A stretch of DNA of 64,000 nucleotides, from the IMG/VR virus record IMGVR_UViG_3300008952_002784, positions 1 through 64,000 of that record. One strand, 5' to 3'. The stretch comes from a virus. Below, piece by piece: positions 1-8,054 of this stretch (its first letter is position 1; every line of letters begins with the position of its first letter). Under the pieces are notes generated by a model, which worked only from the letters and a program-made list of their open reading frames with translations, had not been told where the DNA came from and made no database searches. Made by a program: the position numbers and the translations under genes.

Positions 1-1
1 C

Positions 2-94
2 GACAGGATGATAGAAGACGACGCGAATTCTCCTATCGACGACACCGAAGGTTACGACGTCGACTTCGACGCCGCGAACCGGCGATTTATGTAA
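2..94 (+). CDS. 3' end of an acidic hypothetical protein (5'-truncated by the window edge)
   Basis: Open frame ...DRMIEDDANSPIDDTEGYDVDFDAANRRFM* ends at TAA 92-94, just before the AGGAG RBS of the next gene. Confidence 0.5.
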   Translation, partial: DRMIEDDANSPIDDTEGYDVDFDAANRRFM

Positions 95-111
95 TCATTC
101 AGGAGAATAAA

Positions 112-375
112 ATGAAAATTACAAAGAGACAACTTAGAAGAATTATCAAAGAAGAGAAGGCTAGAGTATTGAGAGAAGCTGGCCCGAATCTCCCACCAAC
201 ATACCCACTAAATCCTAGTGGCGTCGAATCAATGCTCGCACAGAAGATGGCTAACCTTGATCCGCTCGTCGACGGATTCGACCGAGACTTCATGAGACTA
301 GCAGAGGCCGTTATTGAACTAGAATATAGCGGCTGGGGAGGCATTATTGATGCCTTGATCGATTTAGGGGACTAA
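112..375 (+). CDS. Small protein with conserved MKITKRQLRRIIKEE leader (putative virion internal protein)
   Basis: AGGAG RBS; N-terminal leader shared with the neighbouring ORFs; acidic remainder. Confidence 0.8.
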   Translation: MKITKRQLRRIIKEEKARVLREAGPNLPPTYPLNPSGVESMLAQKMANLDPLVDGFDRDFMRLAEAVIELEYSGWGGIIDALIDLGD

Positions 376-376
376 A

Positions 377-601
377 ATGAAAATTACAAAAAGACAGCTT
401 AGAAGAATCATTAAAGAAGAGAAGCAAAAGCTTAACGAGGGCGCTCGAGAAATGGCGGCGCTCTTGAATGCTGTCGATGCTTTTAAGGCCGCCGGCGGTG
501 CCAATCAGGGGTATGTCATCGATGTACTCAGGACTATCGCTGATGAGATGGAAAACGAGGAATACGGTACCGACATCAGCGACTTCACCGGTCGACGGTA
601 A
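377..601 (+). CDS. Small protein with MKITKRQLRRIIKEE leader
   Basis: Same leader followed by KQKLNE and an unrelated acidic cargo region. Confidence 0.8.
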   Translation: MKITKRQLRRIIKEEKQKLNEGAREMAALLNAVDAFKAAGGANQGYVIDVLRTIADEMENEEYGTDISDFTGRR

Positions 602-615
602 ATAGGAGAACTCAC

Positions 616-1320
616 ATGAAAATCACGAAACGACAGCTTAGAAGAATGATATCAGAGGCAATGCCCCGCGGGAGTGTACCAGACATCGTTGGGGCTCTTA
701 CCAATGTGCCAGGCGGAAATATTCAAAACTTGGTCGACGAGTATAAGAAATGGGCCATGGAGTATATGGGTACATCTAGTGGGCCCAACTCATCGTCTGT
801 TCTCGCGACGTTCCTGGTGGATCAAGGGCTAGACCAAGGACCCACAGCTGAAGACATCATTACAGACATGTCCTCAGCCATGGAGTTCGATAAGCACGAT
901 GTTAATCGTGAAGTATCACACGCAAGAAGAGAGTACGACGCAGGACGGACTCTTCCTGAGGGAAAAGTGAAAATTACAAAACGACAGCTTCATAGAATCA
1001 TCAAGGAAGAGAAAGCTAAGCTTCTCCGCGAATCAGTTGCAGATATACGCCATTTTGAAGAGGCAGCAGACAAATGTGCTGAACGTATGTCTGACTTATT
1101 TTATAATGATATGATGAAGCTTTATGATGAAGAGCCTGATGCCTTTGCACGCCCTGTCCCGGGCTCGGAGGCAATGACTCGCACCGAAAAAGGTGTTTGG
1201 GAACAGCAGGTTGTATACGCTACTCAAGAACTTGAAAATGCTATTTCGTTTTCCATCGCTCAAGCCATCGAGGAAATAGAAATGAAACTACATGATGGCC
1301 AGTATCACGACGACAGGTAA
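616..1320 (+). CDS. Protein with two leader copies (N-terminal MKITKRQLRRMISE and internal VKITKRQLHRIIKEE)
   Basis: AGGAG RBS; second leader copy in frame at GTG 967. Confidence 0.8.
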   Translation: MKITKRQLRRMISEAMPRGSVPDIVGALTNVPGGNIQNLVDEYKKWAMEYMGTSSGPNSSSVLATFLVDQGLDQGPTAEDIITDMSSAMEFDKHDVNREVSHARREYDAGRTLPEGKVKITKRQLHRIIKEEKAKLLRESVADIRHFEEAADKCAERMSDLFYNDMMKLYDEEPDAFARPVPGSEAMTRTEKGVWEQQVVYATQELENAISFSIAQAIEEIEMKLHDGQYHDDR

Positions 1321-1324
1321 TATA

Positions 1325-1729
1325 ATGAAGATCTCAAGAAAACAGCTCAGAAAAATTATTCGAGAAGCTCAGTGGGGAAGATTTACTGGCGGTGCAGCAC
1401 CGCTGGACGAGCCGCCTTTGGATTCCGGAAAGATGGATCCTGAGCAGCAGCAGAAGGTATTCGATATCTTGGTTGATACAGGCTCAGACCCTAAAAAGCT
1501 TCTTGCTTCCGGCGAATTTCCTGATGTCGTAACAGAGGTGAGGCTCAACGAGAGAGGAACTGGTAATCCCGCGCTTCGGGCAGATGAGCAGGCAATAACA
1601 AAAGCAGTAGCGGACTTTGTTGACAAGTACATGATGACTATGGGCATGAACCCAGGTGATGATCGTGACTTACAAAGAGCTCGACGCGTCGTTGATGATA
1701 TCGTCGGCGCAGTATTGGATGTGTTATAA
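1325..1729 (+). CDS. Protein with variant leader MKISRKQLRKIIRE
   Basis: Start moved from 1292 to ATG 1325, where the leader begins; TAATG overlap with the next gene. Confidence 0.75.
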   Translation: MKISRKQLRKIIREAQWGRFTGGAAPLDEPPLDSGKMDPEQQQKVFDILVDTGSDPKKLLASGEFPDVVTEVRLNERGTGNPALRADEQAITKAVADFVDKYMMTMGMNPGDDRDLQRARRVVDDIVGAVLDVL

Positions 1730-2247
1730 TGAAAATTACAAAGAGACAACTCAGAAGAATTATTAAAGAAGAGCTTGACATTATTAATAATGAAACCGGC
1801 CAGGTGTTTGAATTTGGTGACGAACCACTAAGCTCACATACCCCCGAAGCTGCATGGCCTGAATTGGCTAAGCGCTTAGGCATCAAATCGCTACAAGATG
1901 ATCTAGACGACGATGCAATTTATGTTAGTGGCGAAGATTGGGATAAGCTTGATAATGAAGTGATGGGTAAACGCAATGATAGAAATCGTAAGCGAGCTTA
2001 TAAAGAACGTGAAGCTGAAAGAGCCAGGCTAAACATTGACAACCTCAAAGCCCGTCTCGATCAATGGGCTGATGATGCTGGGGCAGATTATTCTGCTGAT
2101 AACCCTGGCGTAGATATGCAGAGTATCGCTTGGGATCTTGCTTCAGGAGCAAAATATTCATTTGCTCCTGATGAGTGGGACGAGCTAGTCTGGGAATTTG
2201 ATGATAGTGAAGATGATCTGATAACATATATTGCAGAGATGATCTAA
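1729..2247 (+). CDS. Acidic protein with MKITKRQLRRIIKEE leader
   Basis: Leader plus a D/E/W-rich body; translationally coupled to the upstream ORF. Confidence 0.8.
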   Translation: MKITKRQLRRIIKEELDIINNETGQVFEFGDEPLSSHTPEAAWPELAKRLGIKSLQDDLDDDAIYVSGEDWDKLDNEVMGKRNDRNRKRAYKEREAERARLNIDNLKARLDQWADDAGADYSADNPGVDMQSIAWDLASGAKYSFAPDEWDELVWEFDDSEDDLITYIAEMI

Positions 2248-2283
2248 TAACATATATCCCATATAACGTTACAGAGTAATTAA

Positions 2284-2397
2284 ATGAAAATTACAAAACA
2301 CCAGCTAAGAAGAATTATTAGAGAAAAGAAGGCTAGGTTACTTCGACAGTCGATTTCTGATGTGCATAATTTGCTAAGTATATATGTTACCTACTAA
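2284..2397 (+). pseudogene. Truncated 37-aa member of the leader family (MKITKHQLRRIIREKKARLLRQSISDV...)
   Basis: Read directly from the sequence (too short for the ORF track); resembles the internal copy at 967 but ends at TAA 2395-2397. Confidence 0.6.
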
Positions 2398-2764
2398 AGA
2401 AAGCATCGAGTCTTTATTCAAAAGTCTAGTTCAAGATATTACAATTTCAATGTTTCCAACGCCATTGGCAATTATAGACGAACAGATTTCTTGTGTCAAT
2501 ACTAATCTAGCTATAGAAAAGTCTTGTTATGGTACTATCGATCTAGATGATAGAACTGATCTTAAGATTTTATCATGCAGAAATTGCGCTTCGTACGATT
2601 GCTCGCCTCGTATTCAAGCAGCTATGAAAAACAAAGCAGGTATAGGTTACTGCTGGATTCACAATATCCCATGTACACTGTCTAGAACATGCAATAAGCA
2701 CTGTACTGGTAAGTCAATTACTAGTGATAATGAGTCTTACAGTAAACAGAAAAATTCACTGTAA
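2384..2764 (+). CDS. Cys-rich hypothetical protein
   Basis: 126-aa ORF with CRNC, CWIH and C..H-C clusters; possibly metal-binding. Confidence 0.5.
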   Translation: MLPTKESIESLFKSLVQDITISMFPTPLAIIDEQISCVNTNLAIEKSCYGTIDLDDRTDLKILSCRNCASYDCSPRIQAAMKNKAGIGYCWIHNIPCTLSRTCNKHCTGKSITSDNESYSKQKNSL

Positions 2765-2815
2765 TATCGAATCACATTGTGTGACAGATTTCTTAAGAAA
2801 ATATTCATATTGTTG

Positions 2816-2844
2816 ATGTACTTTTTGCATATTCTGTCTAGACT
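2816..2844 (+). promoter_or_regulatory. Putative promoter ATGTAC-N17-TAGACT upstream of the Hsp20 gene
   Basis: Intergenic; matches the recurring motif with an exact 17-nt spacer. Confidence 0.6.
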
Positions 2845-2897
2845 ACATTATGTGAATTTCACATCTAGACAACACTAACATCATTAGGACATATTAT

Positions 2898-3353
2898 ATG
2901 AGCAGCCTCTTTCCAATTACTCGAATCAACGAACTGGGATCCATGGACCAAAATTTTGACACTTTTTTTAACACACTGTTTGGTGATTCATCAAATCAGA
3001 CTCGCATTTCTAAAAACAGCGCAATATCTACTGTGCCAAGAGCTAACGTTTCGAAAAACGATCAAGGATACTTGATTACACTAGCAGCACCCGGATTATC
3101 ACGAGAAGACTTTGGTATCAATATTGAAAATAATACACTTTCTATAACATCGAATTATGAAGATGAGTATGTAGAGAAAAAATCTAACTACACGACTCAA
3201 GAATTTGAATATAGCACTTTCACCAGGACATGGTCATTGCCCGAAGGCATAAATCCTGATTCTATTAGTGCTCGTTATGAATCCGGATTACTCAAAGTTG
3301 ATATTCCTGCAGGTGGTGATATCACAAAGAAGGTAATTATCAAAGTAGAATAA
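2898..3353 (+). CDS. Hsp20/alpha-crystallin small heat-shock protein
   Basis: PRANV...APGLSREDF...FTRTWSLPE...ARYESGLLKVDIP alpha-crystallin signature. Confidence 0.93.
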   Translation: MSSLFPITRINELGSMDQNFDTFFNTLFGDSSNQTRISKNSAISTVPRANVSKNDQGYLITLAAPGLSREDFGINIENNTLSITSNYEDEYVEKKSNYTTQEFEYSTFTRTWSLPEGINPDSISARYESGLLKVDIPAGGDITKKVIIKVE

Positions 3354-3374
3354 GCGTTAATTCACTTAAGTTAC

Positions 3375-3408
3375 AAAAGGAGGTTTCGAAAGGAGCCTCC
3401 TTTTTTTT
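3375..3408 (+). terminator. Rho-independent terminator
   Basis: AAAAGGAGGTTTC-GAAA-GGAGCCTCCTTTTTTTT hairpin with U-tract after the Hsp20 gene. Confidence 0.88.
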
Positions 3409-3547
3409 ATATCAAGAACATCTAGATTCACATAGATAAGAGGCAAGGTATACTTAAATGAAAGTTTGATTTACTAAACAATTGCTAGCGCTAATATTTT
3501 CGCTACAATTGCAACCACAGCTTTAGACAACAAGGCGGCTTTCCATT

Positions 3548-3946
3548 ATGTTTCGTACAATATTAATATTGACAGCTTTTTTAACTACCCAACTGGGTAT
3601 TGCCCGGGCGCAAGAATCATGTACTCGAGTATTACTTGAACCAGCTACTAGTACATCACTAAACTTAGACACCACTCAGACTCTTCCACAGCTCAGTACT
3701 GATCCTGGTGAAAATATGACATATTCGTACCCAGTCCTAATTACTAGTAATTCAGAGACTAGACCCACGCATGTTCAAAGAATTATAATCATGAACGTCG
3801 ACGAAGACGGTAGAATTATAATTACGCCCATGTTAATTGATTCAATACCTGAGGCTTTGTGGCCTATTTCAGAAATTCTAGAAGACATTGAAAACGAAGC
3901 GACAACGCCTCTGGACAATATTGAAGAGGCTAAAACTGAAATTTAA
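3548..3946 (+). CDS. Hypothetical exported protein
   Basis: N-terminal signal-peptide-like segment ending in ARA/QE. Confidence 0.6.
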   Translation: MFRTILILTAFLTTQLGIARAQESCTRVLLEPATSTSLNLDTTQTLPQLSTDPGENMTYSYPVLITSNSETRPTHVQRIIIMNVDEDGRIIITPMLIDSIPEALWPISEILEDIENEATTPLDNIEEAKTEI

Positions 3947-3958
3947 ATTCAGCATAAC

Positions 3959-4549
3959 ATGAATTCATCACTAGTAACATATTTTCTAATGTTGTTCGCT
4001 GCGCCGAATGTAAAATATGTCGATCATAGTAGCAGCCAAGAACTAGTTCATATATATCAGGCTAGAAGTTCAGACATACCGGTATCATACACTATTGAAA
4101 GAGATCACACGTGGTCATCTTCTCCGGATATTATTATCTGCACTGAGTTGATGATGGATAAGGCTATCGTTGTCAGAGCACTATCACATTGGGAACAGCT
4201 AGGACACCGATTCCGTGAGGTCAGTATGACTCTGTGTGACTCTAATGAGCTTTATGATGGTTGGTTAGGAGCGATATACTTTGTCAATCCAGAGCAAAAC
4301 TACGACTTCCGGAAGCTTAGTAACTCAATAATATCATACGGCGTAAAAAAAAGTGGTGAGACTAATATTGTAGGCTCAGCTATTATGTTGACATATGACA
4401 GTCGCCGCGATATTCGAATATTAATTCATGAGTTGGGTCATGCACTTGGTTACTCACACTATAATATTCCCGGGCACCTTATGAACCCTGTGCTTCAACA
4501 AATTGGTCAATCAACGACAGGTTTACATGTAACGGAATTATCACAATAA
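3959..4549 (+). CDS. Matrixin-like (M10/metzincin) zinc metalloprotease
   Basis: HELGHALGYSH (HExxHxxGxxH) and Met-turn HLMNP; hydrophobic N-terminus. Confidence 0.85.
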   Translation: MNSSLVTYFLMLFAAPNVKYVDHSSSQELVHIYQARSSDIPVSYTIERDHTWSSSPDIIICTELMMDKAIVVRALSHWEQLGHRFREVSMTLCDSNELYDGWLGAIYFVNPEQNYDFRKLSNSIISYGVKKSGETNIVGSAIMLTYDSRRDIRILIHELGHALGYSHYNIPGHLMNPVLQQIGQSTTGLHVTELSQ

Positions 4550-4625
4550 GCTGGAATTCATTCAAATACATTGCGATAATCATACTGTATTATATTATCA
4601 TGACAGCAAAAAAGAAAAAAGCCGA

Positions 4626-4877
4626 GTGACAAAGAAGAAGACGAAGAAGACAATTGTAAAAGAGCCGGCAGTAACTGAGATGATGGGATTCAAACTAGGA
4701 GATCATGTGTGGGCAATCTACTTAGATAAAAAAGTAATTCAAGGTACTATCGATCGATTCTATCCGAAAAATAAATCAGGGACAGCAGTATCTATAATTA
4801 CTAGTGAGATGGGTTACAGAAATGTGTTGCTAGAAACTCTGAGCAAATCACAAATTAAGATTAGTAGAAAAAAATGA
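4626..4877 (+). CDS. Small basic hypothetical protein (possible SH3/KOW-like barrel)
   Basis: Lys-rich ORF with FKLGDHVW...GTIDRF pattern. Confidence 0.55.
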   Translation: MTKKKTKKTIVKEPAVTEMMGFKLGDHVWAIYLDKKVIQGTIDRFYPKNKSGTAVSIITSEMGYRNVLLETLSKSQIKISRKK

Positions 4878-4879
4878 TG

Positions 4880-5758
4880 TTACTCAGAGGGTGATTCGGG
4901 TGATCTCATAATAATCCAATCAGTATTTGCATTTGATATATCTGAATCTGCTTGAATCATATTTTCAGCATCTATAATTGACGACAAGCTTGTAACAATT
5001 GACATTGTTTCAAAGACTGTGCTAGCCATTGTTATAATTCCAACTATCTCTCCATGAGAATTAATGACAGCCGAACCAGAACTACCTGGTCTGGCAGGAA
5101 TAGTATAGAAGTGAAGGCCTTCATCCATACCTGAATAATATCCGTCAAACGATAGTGTCATTCCAGGAGAGAATATTCCGTACGGCGCTGCCATGTTATA
5201 ATATTTTTGCCCCTGTACAGGATTGTTTTCTGCTATAGGTAGCGGCTGGCCAAGTCTACCCGGGGTGGAAATAAGACATACGTCTCTTTCTTCATCAACA
5301 TAAAATACGTTGCCTGTTGCAACAGTTCCATCATACAGTACTAGATTGATATTAGATATCGACAGTATCTCTAAAATCATCGTGTTGTTTTGTACAGTCT
5401 CGTACGGCTCAACCCAGCAAACATGAGCTGCTGTCAGCACGTATGTCTTTCCATTCTCATGAGAAATTACTGCGCCGCTTCCCGTCGACGTTACTTCGAT
5501 TGTGGGGAAATGTGGAAGCATGTCATCACACGGTTCTTGCAATAGAGAATTATAGCATTCAGTCGGTGTCATTGCAATATCGACTCTTATTTGTGTAAAT
5601 GCATTATAATTTAGAGGTGCAGACTGAGTTTCTACTGCGTACTGAGGATAGAAATCTGTACAGCTTTTCGAAGTTAGACATCCTGTCAATGCTGCTAATA
5701 CCGGTAATAGCATTACAAACATATAGCGAGAATACTCCTTAATCATTTTTGTCTCCAT
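4880..5758 (-). CDS. Trypsin-like (S1) serine protease, probable lipoprotein
   Basis: LTAAHVC (His), RDVCLI (Asp), PGSSGS (Ser); lipobox-like LAALTGC. Confidence 0.88.
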   Translation of the reverse strand: METKMIKEYSRYMFVMLLPVLAALTGCLTSKSCTDFYPQYAVETQSAPLNYNAFTQIRVDIAMTPTECYNSLLQEPCDDMLPHFPTIEVTSTGSGAVISHENGKTYVLTAAHVCWVEPYETVQNNTMILEILSISNINLVLYDGTVATGNVFYVDEERDVCLISTPGRLGQPLPIAENNPVQGQKYYNMAAPYGIFSPGMTLSFDGYYSGMDEGLHFYTIPARPGSSGSAVINSHGEIVGIITMASTVFETMSIVTSLSSIIDAENMIQADSDISNANTDWIIMRSPESPSE

Positions 5759-5798
5759 GTTTTCGTATGTTTATAGTCAATATGTAGCCCAACTATTA

Positions 5799-5827
5799 GT
5801 GTACGATTTTGTGTAAAAAGATAGACT
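5799..5827 (+). promoter_or_regulatory. Putative promoter GTGTAC-N17-TAGACT
   Basis: Intergenic, upstream of the PMM gene; recurring motif. Confidence 0.6.
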
Positions 5828-5843
5828 TGCTACGAGGATAACT

Positions 5844-6638
5844 ATGAAAAACATTATTTTATTTGACTTAGATGGAACTTTAACTCCCGCACGTGGGCGA
5901 GCTGATTGGTCTATGGTTAACGCTCTTCGAAGTCTATCTGAGCATGCTGATATTGGAATTGTATCTGGCAGCTCATGGGAGTATATCAAAGAGCAAACCG
6001 CGTTGTTTTGGGAATTCGGTGCTGTACCGGTAAGAAAAATAAAAATTATGCCATGCAACGGGACTCAATTGTATGAGTTTCACAATTCAGATTTCAAATT
6101 GATAAGCTGTTTAAGCATGAAAGAGTATTTGGACGATGAAGAATACAAGAATCTGATAGCTGTATTATGCACCATTCAGTCTCAATACCTCAATGACAAC
6201 AAGTCTCTTCCCGTTACGGGAAATTTTATTTCATTTCGAAAGAGTTTAATAAACTGGTGCCCAATTGGCAGAGACGCAGAGGACAGTGACAGAGAAGAGT
6301 TTGTCAAAGCAGATCATGATCAAAATATACGTAAAAAATTCAAAGAACTTATTATAGCTTATTTAGATCTTTATGAGCTTTCAGACAAGCTAGAAGTAGT
6401 TATAGGTGGGAACACATCTATAGATATATACCCAATTGGGTGGGACAAGAGAATATCACTATCCCACTTGCCTGCTAGTCAATTGCCATGGTTTGTAGGG
6501 GACAGGTGTACACCAGGGGGAAATGATTACTCGCTGTACTCACATCTGGTGAAAACCGGTCGGGCATATGAAACTTCCGGGCCGAGTCAGACTATTGAAA
6601 TTATCAATAATATTATTAGCAGCATCAAGAAGACATGA
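5844..6638 (+). CDS. HAD-IIB phosphomannomutase (eukaryotic PMM/Sec53 type)
   Basis: FDLDGTL, FISFRKSLINWCPIGR, SIDIYPIGWDK and GDRCTPGGNDY motifs typical of the PMM family. Confidence 0.88.
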   Translation: MKNIILFDLDGTLTPARGRADWSMVNALRSLSEHADIGIVSGSSWEYIKEQTALFWEFGAVPVRKIKIMPCNGTQLYEFHNSDFKLISCLSMKEYLDDEEYKNLIAVLCTIQSQYLNDNKSLPVTGNFISFRKSLINWCPIGRDAEDSDREEFVKADHDQNIRKKFKELIIAYLDLYELSDKLEVVIGGNTSIDIYPIGWDKRISLSHLPASQLPWFVGDRCTPGGNDYSLYSHLVKTGRAYETSGPSQTIEIINNIISSIKKT

Positions 6639-7117
6639 TGACAACAAAGTCTGACAAAATCAAGAAATTTGGCTTTCTAGAGACAAATGTAGTAATGTTA
6701 TGCTGTGACTACACAGATTTGTTTACACTGAAAAGAGAAGATGATTCGTACGAATTATCAATGATCGCATCAAGGTCCGGGCTTGTCAAAGATTTGGCAG
6801 AAATTCTATGTGTTATGAATTCACATCCGGATGATGACTGTGATCACAGTACATTATACTCACTAACAAAGAGTAGTAATCCAAACAATATCGAAAATGT
6901 TGTCAAGAGTCTTCTCTTTTCTCTACCCGACGAAATTATAATTTTTGCTAGCAAATTTGACACAACAAAATGTAAAGTTCATATGCACTTTGAAATGAAA
7001 TTATATTTGAGAGATGCAATTAAATTGTCTGATGAATTTATAAATAAGTGTACAATAGTTAGTGTCATGACAGATATGGGTGACATCCAATTGGAATCGA
7101 ATGATGAGCAAGATTAA
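6635..7117 (+). CDS. Hypothetical protein
   Basis: 160-aa ORF, ATGA overlap with the PMM gene. Confidence 0.6.
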   Translation: MMTTKSDKIKKFGFLETNVVMLCCDYTDLFTLKREDDSYELSMIASRSGLVKDLAEILCVMNSHPDDDCDHSTLYSLTKSSNPNNIENVVKSLLFSLPDEIIIFASKFDTTKCKVHMHFEMKLYLRDAIKLSDEFINKCTIVSVMTDMGDIQLESNDEQD

Positions 7118-7343
7118 TTTACATTCGAGGGTATGTCCACACTGTGCTGGGGCGCTGGTGTGGGTTCTTAGATCTAGAGAGTATAGAGCAACTAGCACAG
7201 TGCGGTGTTCAAATTCCTCGCATGCTACCAGGGTCAATTTTTATAATGATAAAAAGAAATTCTGTACATGGAGTGGTGTTGTAATGAGAGAATACGACGG
7301 TAACGTGTCATTTTTTCATGACGATGGAATTACTAGCATCTGA
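7101..7343 (+). CDS. Small Zn-ribbon-like protein
   Basis: CPHC...RCSN...FCTW; start moved to ATG 7101. Confidence 0.55.
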   Translation: MMSKINLHSRVCPHCAGALVWVLRSREYRATSTVRCSNSSHATRVNFYNDKKKFCTWSGVVMREYDGNVSFFHDDGITSI

Positions 7344-7355
7344 TTTCGCGTCTGT

Positions 7356-7384
7356 TTGTACAGCTTGAGTTTCACGAATAAACT
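7356..7384 (+). promoter_or_regulatory. Putative promoter TTGTAC-N17-TAAACT
   Basis: Intergenic, upstream of the MT-A70 gene; recurring motif. Confidence 0.6.
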
Positions 7385-7444
7385 TATTATATGCTATGTG
7401 CAATGGCATATAATAATTGTAATAATTCGTAAGTATGGACAAAT

Positions 7445-8008
7445 ATGACGTTTAATTCTCATCAAAACAAGAAATATCAGATTATATATGCTGATCCACC
7501 ATGGGACTATAAGGGACAAAAGCAGCATACAGGAAAGGGTGGTGCTGATAGTGGGGGTGCTATTAAACACTATAACTGTCTCAAGCTGCGACAACTGAAG
7601 CTTTTACCTGTTCCTGATATCACAGCTGACAATTGTCTAATGTTTATGTGGGTTACCAGCCCGCACCTTGATCAAGGAATAGAACTCTTGAAAAGCTGGG
7701 GATTTAATTACTGTACGATTGGATTTATTTGGAATAAGGAGAGAGTCAATCCAGGATTCTACACTATGTCACAATGTGAGATTTGCATTATTGGTAAGAA
7801 GGGCAAGATTCCTCAACCTCGAGGTGCGAGAAACATTAGACAGCTTGTTACAGAGCTTAGGGGAAAACACTCGGCTAAGCCTCATCAAGTTAGAGAGCGA
7901 ATAGAGGCAATGTTTCCGTCACAAACCAAAGTCGAATTATTTGCAAGGCAAAAAGTTAGCGGCTGGGATAGACATGGGCTAGAAGTTGATGCAAACGTTG
8001 TACTATAG
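7445..8008 (+). CDS. MT-A70 family N6-adenine methyltransferase
   Basis: IIYADPPW, LMFMWVT, KSWGF, HSAKP and VELFAR...GWD motifs. Confidence 0.9.
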   Translation: MTFNSHQNKKYQIIYADPPWDYKGQKQHTGKGGADSGGAIKHYNCLKLRQLKLLPVPDITADNCLMFMWVTSPHLDQGIELLKSWGFNYCTIGFIWNKERVNPGFYTMSQCEICIIGKKGKIPQPRGARNIRQLVTELRGKHSAKPHQVRERIEAMFPSQTKVELFARQKVSGWDRHGLEVDANVVL

Positions 8009-8054
8009 CTAACTTTAAAGACACTTGCATAAAATCAGATTAAATGGATAACAC

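Noticed and set aside
112-2397. Leader repeats as integron attC sites or other purely DNA-level elements
   Set aside because: The repeats lie inside coding sequence at start codons, vary mostly synonymously, show no palindromic attC structure, and no integrase is visible
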